NCBI GenBank assembly: GCA_001949185.1
Contig: BDGG01000001.1
Coordinates: 2,745,324 to 2,809,323, forward strand
Direction of reading: 5' to 3'
From: Ramazzottius varieornatus
Lineage: Eukaryota > Animalia > Tardigrada
Length of the DNA stretch: 64,000 nucleotides
Shown here in pieces: positions 36,101-47,432 of the stretch (its first letter is position 1; each line of letters starts with the position of its first letter). The translations under genes and the position numbers were made by a program. The notes under the pieces are model-generated. The model was not told the DNA's origin, made no database searches, and was given only the letters and a program-made list of their open reading frames with translations.

Positions 36101-39100
36101 TACGGCGGACTACAGGAAAATTGAGTGGTGGAATGTGTCCTTGATGGCCGCTAGCGCTGTCAGCATACCTGTGCCGTATTGACAGTGGAATATTGCTTTA
36201 TGACTATACTGATGCAACAGGTTTGGTGCAAATTTCGTTCCCATGTCGCAGCTCCTGTCGAAGCCGCAAAGAGCCCTTCAGAACCGGCGGAAAAATTCTG
36301 ATACCAGTGTGCTGCTAACTTCCTGGTCCAACAACGAAAGATAGTCCCGAATTTTTTTAAATACACAATATTTTCGCAGTTAAATTAATGTAGACGAATA
36401 TTTTGATTTTGGGGATGAAGTTTAAAGGGGTGAAGATGGTTACAAATTTCGAGATCTTGAATCTAACAAAAGCGCAGAGTATTATCCCGTCTCCGTTTTC
36501 GCTTGCCTTTTAGGCTACTCTCTCGAGAAATTGCAATCCGAGACTAGCGCCCAGCAATTGACACCGATTAACTGCGGATGGTAATCTTGAGCATACGGGC
36601 GACTGTCACGGCTACTGCCTGTTCGATACCTGTCGCGCATGTCATTAGGCAAAGAGGCTCTCTTCCTCCCAGTCCAGTCCGGTCTACCTTGATGGTTACA
36701 GGTAGACTGCAAAAGAGCCATCGTCAACGACGACGCGACAATAGTGTGCTTTGTACCTGTGTCCACGTTCCGTAAATGCATAAGCACATATATGGGTCGA
36801 AATTCGTGGTATATAATCAACAGGTGGAAGCGCTGTAAAAGAGCCTGTGCGCTGTGAAGACAATTGAGTGCTGGGACAACACGTCGACTATCTCATATAG
36901 ATAGAGCGGAGAAAAGCTGAAACGGTCGAACAGACCAGCAGGTGCTGAGAGGAAAGCCACCAGAGCAAATTTACAGATTATGGCCCAGGTAAAATCAACG
37001 GCAAGTAGATTTTATCGGGCATATTACCTAAATGTAATTATGGGCGGTCATTTTTACCGTTATCCTTCCTCAGTCGAAGTGATAACAGTAAAAGTTCTCA
37101 AAGGACTTTGGGACTGTTAATATGAGGGAAGGAAGGCCTGGACGCAATGTTGCAATTTGCATTTTGTGTGCTGGGTAAATATGGCAAGCTGATTACCCAG
37201 CTGGCTCTTGGAAAGACTCTTCACCATTGTCCGCTCTTTATTTTCTCATGTGAAACACTCTGGTTAAGGGGGCTCGCCACGGCGCCTGCTCTCTTTTCCC
37301 TCTTTTAATCAATTGCTTTGTCTGACTTGAGCGGAGGGAAATTATGTCGGCGCTATAAGAAATCTGTGCATCTCACCCGACCGTAGCTTGGTTGATACAA
37401 AGTCACGTTTCGGCATGAATAGTTGGCCGTACACAATCTAGAACAAAACGAGGAATGTTCCGACCACGTTGTTTCGACAGACAAGGGTACTTTTGTAAAC
37501 TTTATGAAATTGGGCTTTGACAACTGAATGGAAGAGAATGTGTAACGACGTGAAGGACTACCCGCAGTCTGTTGTTTTGCCGGTTGAACTCGACCATTCA
37601 CAAACGCAGCGGTGCGTGTAAAGACATAATCGACCCCGCTTCGTCAAAAGATCGTTTTGCCCTTCTGCAAATTTGTTCTGCTCGTAAAACTGCTGTCGGT
37701 TCGGACCGTAAAGAAACCCGCCGAACATTGCCACCATTGCCGAATTTTAAATCTCTGTGGCTCTCCAACCACGTCGAGAACTATTTGAGACGTTGACAAA
37801 TGGTCTGGACAAGATTGTTTTGCCAAGTGGCGCGCACTTCCAGCCAAAACCAATGGAAATGTGCGCCACTTGAGCTGGCGATCTGGTTCAGCGCCTTTGC
37901 CCATGTCCCATTTCAGAGAAGCAGAAGAACCATTGGGGTCAAAAACCAGAAATTTAGTGTTTTGTGTAATTTAGTGTGTTAAGATTATTCCGGATCATTT
38001 CTTTGACTGCGTTCTGGGAGACTAACCTATGGCCACCAGAAAGGGGAATGACTTTTGGGGGTGTTGGAAATGATGGCCAGGAAAAGGGCAGCACATGGGC
38101 GTTTACGCGTTCTGATGGTTCTCATCGGGGAGATTTGGCCTTTCTTTGCGGCTGTTCTGCATCACAGGCTACAGCATTTGCAATTACAATAACCCTGTTT
38201 CCAGATAGCCTTCGAGGACGATGTCGCTACGTGAAGATTGGGACCTGCTGTCAGGCTGTAGTGCTGGTTAATGACACCAGCTGGTTCAACGACTGAAGTG
38301 TAAAGGGATCGCGAGAAGAAATATGCGGAACTTGGTACTATGGAATCTTGCAGCTGTGATGTGCCTGCTGGTCAGGCCTCATTCTTCCGCCCCGCTTCTT
38401 AGGTCACTTCTTCCGGTGACGCAAAATCCTTCAGAGCCTGCAGAGAACGAGACCGGTACACCTTTTCCTGACTATGAAAATGACCAGGAATTTATTGAGA
38501 TCGAAGAGCGAGGTTGGTATATGGGACGCGGGCGAATGGTTTGGACCAGATCGAGCGGCGCATGCTTTCAGCCGAAAAACAATGAAAACTTGCGCCACTT
38601 GAGGTACTGATCTGGTTTGAGCTAATTGCGCATGGCGTATATTGTACTGTAAAGTAATTCATTGGTGAAAAATATCGGATGGAAGGGAAATTGATTCATC
38701 GAAGATTTTGACCAAGAGCGACAGGGGTGTTTTGACGTGACAGCAAAAACATTTCTTTTGTGCGCGATCTTTGGCAAAATAAGCCCATTCTGAAAGGACA
38801 GGAAACGTCAACCGTGAAGTTTCAGAGTTTCGATTTCGTCAGTGGAGAGTATGATGGACGGGTTCAGCGATGGAAAAATTGAATTATGAAGTTGAAGAAG
38901 TTGAGTAGCATGAAAGCGGAATGTGCGGAATGTGGTCAAGCCGGTCAGATAGAGAAATCACCAGAAGAGCCTACCTGAACTCCCGGCACAATCAGCGTCG
39001 CCGGTGGTCAAGACTTATGTGCATACTTTTCAAATAGATGAGCTGGCTCAAAAATCTTGTTATCCCTTGAATTAAAAGCCAAGAGGAGTTAGCCTTCCCT

Positions 39101-42100
39101 GAAAAGACTCTCCTAAACTTTGCACTAATAAATTCAGAAGTATTCTAGGAACCGAATGGAACGTGGTCATATGAGCTGAACCAGTTCGTCATCTTAAGTC
39201 GCACACGTTACGGTTATCGTTGGCCAGAAGCGTGCGCCACTTGAGAACGATTTGGTGTAGGTTGCCCACGTCCCAAATAGTAATTTTCGAGACTGATAGA
39301 TCTACTGTATTCCAAGCCGGACGGACAGCGTAGTTATAAAATACCTGATAGGCAAGCACAACAGTAAATTCAAATGTCAATTGACATCATATTTTGTTGC
39401 AGTGTGTATTGGCACAAACTCAAGGCTATCGGGTGCCGGAGACCACGCAAGACATTTGGAGACCATGAGGAAGCGTTACGAAAACTGCACATACGTGCAG
39501 GGGAACCTCGAGCTGATCTTCCTAAAGCCAAACGACAGCATCAGCTTCTTGCGACAAATCCGCGAAGTGACCGGATACGTTCTCATTTTCAACGTCGACA
39601 GAGAAGAACTGCTGTTGCCCAGTCTGCGTATCATCCGCGGAAGAACCTTGTTTGAGAACGCCAACGACAAGTCTGCTTTGTGGGTCGCTGCGAACCGTGG
39701 CCTACGAGTGCTGGGTCTACCCGCCCTGAAGGAAATCATGAATGGGGAAATTCGCTTTTCTGACAATCCACATTTGTGCCACGTAGCTGATAGCATAGAC
39801 TGGCAAGACATTGTAGCGGACAGCAAGAAACAGAAAATCATTCTGGATACTCATGAGTTCTCGAACAATCTCAGCTGCGCCAAATGCTCACCGATCTGTG
39901 AAGGAGGACTGTGCTGGGGACCTTCCTCCGAAATGTGCCAAAAAAGTACGGTTTGGGCGTTCTTTCATTTCAGTACACTAGTGTATGATAATATCAGCAA
40001 TTATACATAGGTAATAATTTGAAACTTTTGTTGAGAACTAACAGTCTTTTTATTTGGGAGCTCTGCAAACAAACTTGACAAAGTTGCCTTCCTAAGTGGC
40101 GCATGTTGTCAGTGTCATTGGCTGGAAGCGTGCGTCATTTGAGGAAACGATCCTCTCGAGTTTGTTTGCCTCGGCACCAATTGAAAATTTGTAAATTTAT
40201 AGGAAAAAATGCGTGAAGGTTTTCCCAGAATATTTTTCGATGATATCATTTTATTCTAGTGAGATCAGAATAACCTGGAATTTGTCATACAGGAAGTAAG
40301 ACCAACTGCGCGGTGCAGTGTAACCCAGGTCGCTGTTTCGGTACCGGTCCCGCCCAGTGTTGTCACCGGGATTGCGTCGGAGGATGTTACGGCCCCCAAG
40401 AGACGCAGTGCGTAGCTTGCAAGAACTTCGATGATGAAGGAAAGTGCGTAGAAAACTGTCCAGTGAAGATGTACGATTCCGAACGGATGGTGTGGGTACC
40501 TAGTCCCAACCCCAAGTTCGCTTACGGCAACGTCTGCGTCAAAGAATGCCCCGCGCCCTTCTTGCGCCATGACGGCGGTTGTGTTCGGTCATGCCCTGAC
40601 GGGATGATCGAGCAGGATAACGAGGAGAGCGGTGCCAAGGAGTGTGTACCTTGTGATGGACCTTGTCCCAAGAGTACGTCACCCGACCTGATTGAACGGA
40701 AATAACATTGTATAATTGTTATTACTGTTGCAGAATGTCAGGGATTCTCATCTGACAGTCCCAAGGATGGTCCTATGGGAATTAACATGCTGACGAAGGA
40801 GACCCTGAGAAATTTTCTCAACTGCACGACGGTGGAGGGCAGCCTTCTCATCTTGTCCGACAGCTTCAAAGGCGTCCAACATTTCTCCCCAGTTATCCAG
40901 TATGCAACCTTCCACCCTCCCGTAACACCTGCTGATTTGGAGCAGCTTTCGACCATCAAGATAGTGACAGGCCACATTAGGATTGACGGCAGTCATCCCG
41001 ACATGACCGACCTGTCCTTTCTGCGCAACCTGGAAGTCATCCATGGGCGTAGTCTGATGAACAAGAACGCCCTGATGATCATCAAGAACCAGTACCTGAC
41101 CTCGCTGAGTCTGAACTCCTTGAAAAAGATCGGTACAGGTGGTGTCCAGATCCTGGAGAACAGCGAGTTGTGCTATGCTGACTCGGTGGACTGGAAGAGC
41201 ATGATGGCCCCCAATACCGTGGCGAATGTCAGGAAAAACAAGAATGCTGAAGCGTGTCGAGCAGAAAACAAGACGTGCCATAGCGAATGCTCGGCTGCGG
41301 GTTGTTGGGGTCCTGGAGCTGACCAGTGCCTGTCTTGTGCCCGTTACAAGGACAAGAACACGTGTGTTGAGAGCTGTGCTGCGCGACCTATGCTGTACGA
41401 TGCCGGAAACCGGACGTGTGAGACTTGCGACGAGCAGTGCCTCGATGGATGTCATGGACCCGTAAGCAAACGTTTTCTTCGGCTAGACTAACATTGGCTG
41501 TTACTCTGTTTGTTTGAGTAATAAAACGTACAATTCTGGTTGGTTTTCAGGGTCCCGATAAGTGTACACGCTGTCGGAATGTGAAGGACGGTCCCAACTG
41601 CCAGAGTACCTGTCCAGTGTTCAAGTTCAAGAATGCAGAGGGCGTCTGCCAGAAATGCAGCAAGGTCTGCTCACAAGATGTGGGATGCACAGGACCGAAC
41701 TCGTATCTTGGCGAAGGCGGGTGCCGCTCCTGCGAGTTCTCCAGTCGGTCTAGCCAGGCCGAAAGCGACTTGTTCAACGCTACTAAGGTAGGACTCTGCC
41801 TTCTTGCTACAAGAATTCCGGCCAAGGCCGTGCTCGACACCAACATGACAGGCCTTTTTGTAGAACAACGGCGAAATAACTTGGAATGGTTGTAAACGAA
41901 ACGTGTGAAATTGTTGTCTCAAGTCGCGCGAGTTTTCACTATTATTGGCTCGAAGCGTGCGCCACTCAAAATGACGTTTTGTTTGCCGCCCTCCCAAGTT
42001 ATTTCGTCGTTTTTGTACAAAACTGTTTAGAAAATTTCGTTCCGCTAGGAGTATTTCCAGAATGCACAAACAGTCTTCTTTTCAGGTTGAATGCATAGCG

Positions 42101-45100
42101 CAGACCCGGTGTCCCCCACGTTCTTATGGCCGAAACGTACAGGGAGCCGATGAAGGTCCTCTGCAGTATATGAGGGGAAAGACCATCTGCTACGCGTGCC
42201 ATGACATGTGTGAGAGATGTGATGGTCCGAGCCCAACAGCCTGTCCAGTTTGTCGTTTCGTGAAACAGAACGGCGAATGTATTGGCAAGTGCAATAACGC
42301 CACCCATTATCAAATTGGAAAGGAATGTCTGGCCTGCAGTCCGGAATGCAGTCAGCGTGGCTGTACAGGCCCTCTTTCAACCCAGTGTGTTTCCTGCAAG
42401 ATCTATCGTGACGAAGTGGATGGGAAAATGAACTGTACTTCGACGTGTCCGGTGGAACGGCCATATACAACACGTTTGGAACACCAGGATAAGCTGGACC
42501 CTTCGGAAGCAATCTGTGTGAAAGACGAACCGTACGTACAACACAATTTACTATGTTACACACGTATAGAGACGTCGGCAAACGACTTGAACATAATCGT
42601 TTTTCCAAGTGGCGCATACTTGCAGTCGATAACAAAGGAATCGTGCGCCACTTGAGATAACGATCGTGATCAATTCGTTTGCCGACGTCCCAATTAGGAT
42701 AAACAGTAATTAATATACTATACAGTACTTCGTTACCTTACGGCTTCTTTCTACAGAACTGATCAAAAAGCGAAGAGGTTGGGGTTCGGCCTGGGTCTAG
42801 GTCTCGGAATTCCCGTCGTGGCTCTAGCTGTCTTCTTGGCTTATCACTTCCGCTCCATGAAGCACAGGAAAAGGATCCTGCAGTACCAGAAACAGTTCCT
42901 GGCCATTGAGGAATCGCAGCCCTTCACACCTACAGATAACAAGCCGAATACCGCGCTAATTCGATTCATCACGGAGAATGAACTACGAGTAGGAGGTTTG
43001 CTGGGGGAAGGCGCATTCGGCTGTGTATACAGGGTAAGTACATATGGTTTGAGCCACATAGTTTTCCCAAGGGGCACGTATCTACACTCAATAACAATTA
43101 TACGTGCGCCACTGGCTCGATTCATTCAGTCACGTCGTAATCAATATTTTTGGTTTTTGGTTTTTGGTTTTTGATCTATGCACGAAGTCGAGAAGGGAAA
43201 AGATTTATGAATTTTTCTTACAGGGTATGTGGGTTCCGATAAAGGAGAACAAGCGCATTCCAGTAGCCATCAAGGTTCTCAAAACCCAAGATGGCACCGC
43301 CAGCGCCGCCGTAGACGATCTGTTGGAAGAGGCTAAAGTGATGGCTTCGGTCAAGAACGAATTTTTGGTGCCTATGGTGGGCATTTGCATGGCTTCGCCC
43401 ATTATGCTGATTTCCCAGCTGCTGCCTCTCGGATGTCTTCTCAATTATATCAAGAAGAATGAGCGCAACATCAGCTCGAGAAGTTTTCTTAACTGGTGTA
43501 CTCAGATCGCTAAGGTAAGCGCAGCACATGTCGACATCTTCAGCTGAACAGGGTGCTGAATAATGTATGTTCCTGCAGGGAATGAAATACCTAGAGGATC
43601 GACACATGATCCATCGCGATCTCGCACTTCGAAACGTCCTGGTCCAGACGCCCATGTGGGTGAAGATTACCGACTTCGGTCTGGCCAAAATGCTTGACTG
43701 TACCCAGTCTGCTTACAAAGCCGGAAGTGGAAAGGTAAATCGGCTGATATAATGATTTAACTTATTGCATACAGTAATTTGATGGAGCCCCACAAAGTTG
43801 TTGTGTGCTTATGATATCATAGAAATATGTCGCAGAAAGAAAACAAGCTCACAGTTGTCCATTTTTTCCGAACAGATGCCCATCAAGTGGTTGGCTCCTG
43901 AATGTATCACGAACAGCGTCTACAGTCATAAGACCGACACATGGGCGTTCGGTGTGACGGTCTGGGAGATACTCTCCTATGGAGAAAAGCCTTACAAAGA
44001 CATAACACCGAGTCATCTGTTGGAAAAACTGCTCGAAGGTTCCCGTCTGCCAATGCCTCCCATCTCCACGGTCGAAATCCAGGCTATCCTCATCAAGTGC
44101 TGGACCCTGAACCCGGAAAGTAGGCCCAACTTCACAGTGCTGGCCACTGAGTTTGGAAGTATGTTACGCGACCCTGGGCGGTACCTGGTCATCCCAGGGG
44201 ATCAGTTCCTGCGCTTACCTGATTACACTCACGAGGACGAACAGCGCCTGGTCAACGATGACTCGGGACCGGAAGAGCTGATCAGTGCCGAAGAGTATAC
44301 TAATCCAGGCATGCATCGCTTCGATCACAATGCTCTTCGAGACCACAAGGTAATTGTTCCAAGCTCAAACAGGACATCTTTTATGTGTTGATGCTCTGCT
44401 AATCGCCATATTTTGCAGTATCAGAACGGCCATATGGCAAATGGCCACGGCTCAAAGAGCTCCCAGCACAGCTCGGCACCAACATTCACCAACGTCAGCG
44501 CGCCCATTCCGTCGAGAGGAGCGTGGTCAATGGACAGACAAGACAGTCCGCCGCATTCACGCTACGCTCACGACCCGGTGAAAGGAATTTACAAATGTGG
44601 GTTCTTTGTGACTCGAATAGGAGAGCTTGTCAGACTACTGTTGAAACTGTGCGGCAGGAAAGGCATTGTGAATACTTACTTATCTTTCTGCTTTTGTAGA
44701 TGGCGAGGCACAAGCAGTTCCACCCAGGAAACAGAGTGAAGCTCGACTAGGTCCTGACGGCTATCTTCAGCCCATCGATCTCCTCCCCGCGGAAGTGGCT
44801 TACCTGGAAATTGCCGACAGTGTGAAAGGTACGACTATGTGAAGCAGCGAATTTCCGCATCTTGGTTGCTTCGTTCTGTCGCAGGTTCTCTGTAAAATCT
44901 TTCTTACGTAGAACGAGACGCTCTATTGGAAGCAGAGTATCGGCAAATGCCACTGCATTCAAGGCGAGCAGAGGCGAGAAGGGCGTCGCAGCCTTTTGCT
45001 GCATATCCAGGCGGCGCTCGGATGGTCCACAACCCGGAATACAATCTCATTTCTTCCGGCGCCAGCAACGTAAGCAGCACTGACAGTGATCCTTCCCGCT

Positions 45101-45147
45101 CGGATTCTGGTATCCAGCGCGAGGAAGAAGATTCTGATCATGAGTAA
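30114..45147 (+). CDS. EGFR: Epidermal growth factor receptor (receptor tyrosine kinase), multi-exon; first coding exon 30114-30225, common exon 2 from 39403
   Basis: Signal peptide; L1 domain ([22 protein letters not shown]); furin-like Cys-rich region; L2; extended Cys-rich region; [19 protein letters not shown]; kinase [32 protein letters not shown]; tail with DGYLQP and NPEY. Confidence 0.95.
37787..37909. mobile_element. Palindromic MITE-like element (GRGACGT terminus subfamily) with ATTT target-site duplication
   Basis: ATTT|GAGACGTTGACAAA..CCAAGTGGCGC-loop-GTGCGCCACTTG..TTTGCCCATGTCCC|ATTT; 123 bp. Confidence 0.8.
38323..38512 (+). CDS. EGFR: Alternative first coding exon of EGFR (signal peptide [23 protein letters not shown]...)
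   Basis: ATG followed by a hydrophobic signal-like segment; ends at GAG|GTTGGT in phase 1, the phase required by exon 2 (acceptor AG 39401-39402). Confidence 0.7.
38523..38636. mobile_element. Palindromic MITE-like element, degenerate copy 10 nt downstream of the alternative EGFR first exon
   Basis: ATAT|GGGACGCGGGC..ACCAGATC..GGCGCATG..TGCGCCACTTG..GATCTGGT. Confidence 0.65.
39158..39274. mobile_element. Palindromic MITE-like element in EGFR intron 1
   Basis: GGAACGTGG..AAGTCGCACACG-loop-CGTGCGCCACTTGAGAACGAT..GCCCACGTCCC|AAAT. Confidence 0.7.
40056..40178. mobile_element. Palindromic MITE-like element in EGFR intron
   Basis: ATTT|GGGAGCTCTGCAAACAAAC..AAGTGGCGCATG-TTGTCAGTGTCATTGGCTGGAAG-CGTGCG..GAGTTTGTTTGCC..CC|AATT; 123 bp. 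Confidence 0.8.
41883..41995. mobile_element. Palindromic MITE-like element in EGFR intron
   Basis: Core CAAGTCGCGCG-TTTTCACTATTATTGGCTCGAAG-CGTGCGCCACT and right end TTTGTTTGCCGCCCTCCC. Confidence 0.7.
42569..42691. mobile_element. Palindromic MITE-like element in EGFR intron
   Basis: GAGACGTCGGCAAACG..CCAAGTGGCGCA..GTGCGCCACTTG..CGTTTGCCGACGTCCC|AATT; 123 bp. Confidence 0.82.
43061..43115. mobile_element. Degenerate core of the palindromic MITE in an EGFR kinase-domain intron
   Basis: GTTTTCCCAAGGGGCACG..CAATAAC..ACGTGCGCCACTGG. Confidence 0.55.
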
Positions 45148-45746
45148 GAAGAATCCTGCGTGAAGTGCTATCGTCTTGATTGCTCATGACGCGATGAATG
45201 GCTTTGCTCCTGCTTAATTTGATTCATTTCCGGCAGTATTCGGGTATTCAACCACAATGATTTTCAGGCATTACTTCAGTGATACGATGACTGGATCGCA
45301 CAAAGCTCATGAGATGATTCCACTCAGCCGAACTCCGCATTATCTCATAAGGAACGAAACAACTGTATGAGGTGACAGCCGGTACATCTTTTGCACCGTT
45401 TCACACCTGTGATTTCTGCCTCCAAAGTCTTCACTGTATTTGTTACGTTTCCAACTGGTATTAAAAGACGATTCGAAATTTTGCATGGTTTAAAATTTGG
45501 ACTTGTTCTTTCTTGAATTCAGCGCTCTGTACAAAATTTTGTTTGCGCTGCTTTATAGCTCATCGAGTGCGTCATGGATAGGTGCACATTTTACAGTATG
45601 CCGTTCAAAGAAAACGGCTATCTTTTCTAGTCAGATTTTGTGTTTGAAGAATACTGTGCCGCTTCGTTTATGTTAAACTGCGCACTGCGGCAGTCGTCAA
45701 TAGATGTCATGGTAGCAGACTGAGTTCGTGTTTATTCCCCATGGTC

Positions 45747-47023
45747 ATGGATCCTAGTAAGACAGTTGTGCATATCCTCATCGGAGACTTACCAGATAAT
45801 CGTACTTTACCGGGATCCCTTTTGTTGGTCAACGAGTACGTACAGGGCAGAATTAGACCTTCAACTCGGGAAAACTAGGCACCGATGGCTAGACTTTGTC
45901 GTGATTGGTATTTAGGTACGGGAAGGATGAGGAGCGGAAGGATATTCGAGATGCACTGCGGCGAGCTGGCTTCTGCGAAGTGACCAACCATTCAATTACT
46001 CTGGACAACTACAGAAGCCTACTTGACGGACTTGTCCAAGAATATCATGTCCAGAAAACCAACGGAAGACAGTTGGTCCTTCTCAACCTGGTCGACGGCT
46101 CGGAGCTCGATGGATATCCGGGCTTGAGCGTCATCCAGTATGTCGAAGCATCAGGTGTGCCATTCACCGGATCCGACGCTGCTTTTTATCACGTCACAAA
46201 CTCCAAACCGCGACTGAAACAACTGTTGTTAACTCATAACATCAGCACGTCGAAATATGTGGAGGTGTGCTCCGAGGAAACAATTGAGGAAGATGCGGCC
46301 TCAGCTGTGGAACAGATAGGGTTCCCCTTAATCATCAAGCTTTCGATATCATATGCTAGTTATGAGATATCTGACCAATCGGTCGTACACAGCAAGGAAG
46401 ACGCTGTTCGCCAAATCAAGCAGCTCCTTTTTAAGAAGACTGCTTTTGATGGAGTATTCATGGAGAAATTTTTGGGCGGCAGGGAATTTACGGTGCTAGT
46501 AACCGGAAGTGCCGCAGCCGGCATCAAAGTCTTCCCGGCAGTCGAGCGCGCTTTCAGTGAAACTTTGCCTGTTGAGAAAAGGTTCCTGGCGTTTGAACGT
46601 TACTGGAATGGATATGATCTGGACAGTGGTGCGCCGACCACACGGGTTTACGAGTACAAGAAGGCTTCCCAGAATATACAGCCAGCTTTGCAGCAGCTGG
46701 CGCGAGACGCTTATGTGGCGCTAGGTGGGACTGGGTACGCCAGAGTGGATATCCGCTCCGATGCTCCGGAGAGTTGCCGCTTCATTGTTTTGGAGGTGAA
46801 CGCCCAGTGCAATGTCAGCTGCAGTTCGTCGTCCACATTGGGAGAGGTTGGTCTTGATTAATTTACAGAACAAAATTTCATGAGTTCTATCCGAGCTTCT
46901 GATTTGCAGATCCTCGCAATATCGGGATCTCTACCGGAACAGTTCTTGACGCAATTGGTCGAGTTCGGCGTTACACGGTACAAAAAGATTCCTTTGACTA
47001 ATGAACAACCCAATGCCCGATGA
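45747..47023 (+). CDS. D-Ala-D-Ala-ligase-like ATP-grasp protein, copy 2 (377 aa; exons 45747-45835, 45916-46846, 46910-47023)
   Basis: Same motifs as copy 1 (VPFTGSD, GFPLIIK, EKFLGGREFTV, GYARVDIR, VLEVN). Exons 1 and 2 have the same lengths as in copy 1 (89 and 931 nt). An in-frame ATG also exists at 45741. Confidence 0.88.
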
Positions 47024-47432
47024 AGTATTGAATTTAAGTGTTTAATTTCTTTGATCCGCGATTCCACACTCTTTAACATATGCATCGTCGAACGATAAAC
47101 GATGGCAGAGCTAACAGACAGACGTGGCCAAAATGCCAAATGAACCATTCAAGCAGAGGAAAACACACAGAGGAAGTACTTCGTGGTTGGACTGGTCTGG
47201 GAGCAGGAATACACCATGGATGGGTGCCTAGAACGGAGTGTGGGTAATGGGCGTTAGGTATCAGGTACTCGTAAATAAACTCTACAACGAATCTAAAAAA
47301 TCTACACATGGCATACTGCAGTCAGACAAAACAGGCCAGTCACACAGTAGGTATTGTCCACACCAATTTAAAACTTAATTCTGATATCTTTCTGGACAAA
47401 CCGTTGGGCAATGAGAGCAAAACGTGGCAACA

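Noticed and set aside
30300-37700. Short ORFs inside EGFR intron 1 as nested genes
   Set aside because: No homology-like motifs and no convincing splice structure.
40748-42635. Long antisense ORFs (235 aa, 196 aa) opposite EGFR, and similar ones opposite dynein and integrin
   Set aside because: Shadow frames of codon-biased coding exons with no independent motifs.
45100-45147. EGFR tail DSGIQR as a beta-TrCP degron
   Set aside because: It lacks the second Ser of the DSGxxS motif.
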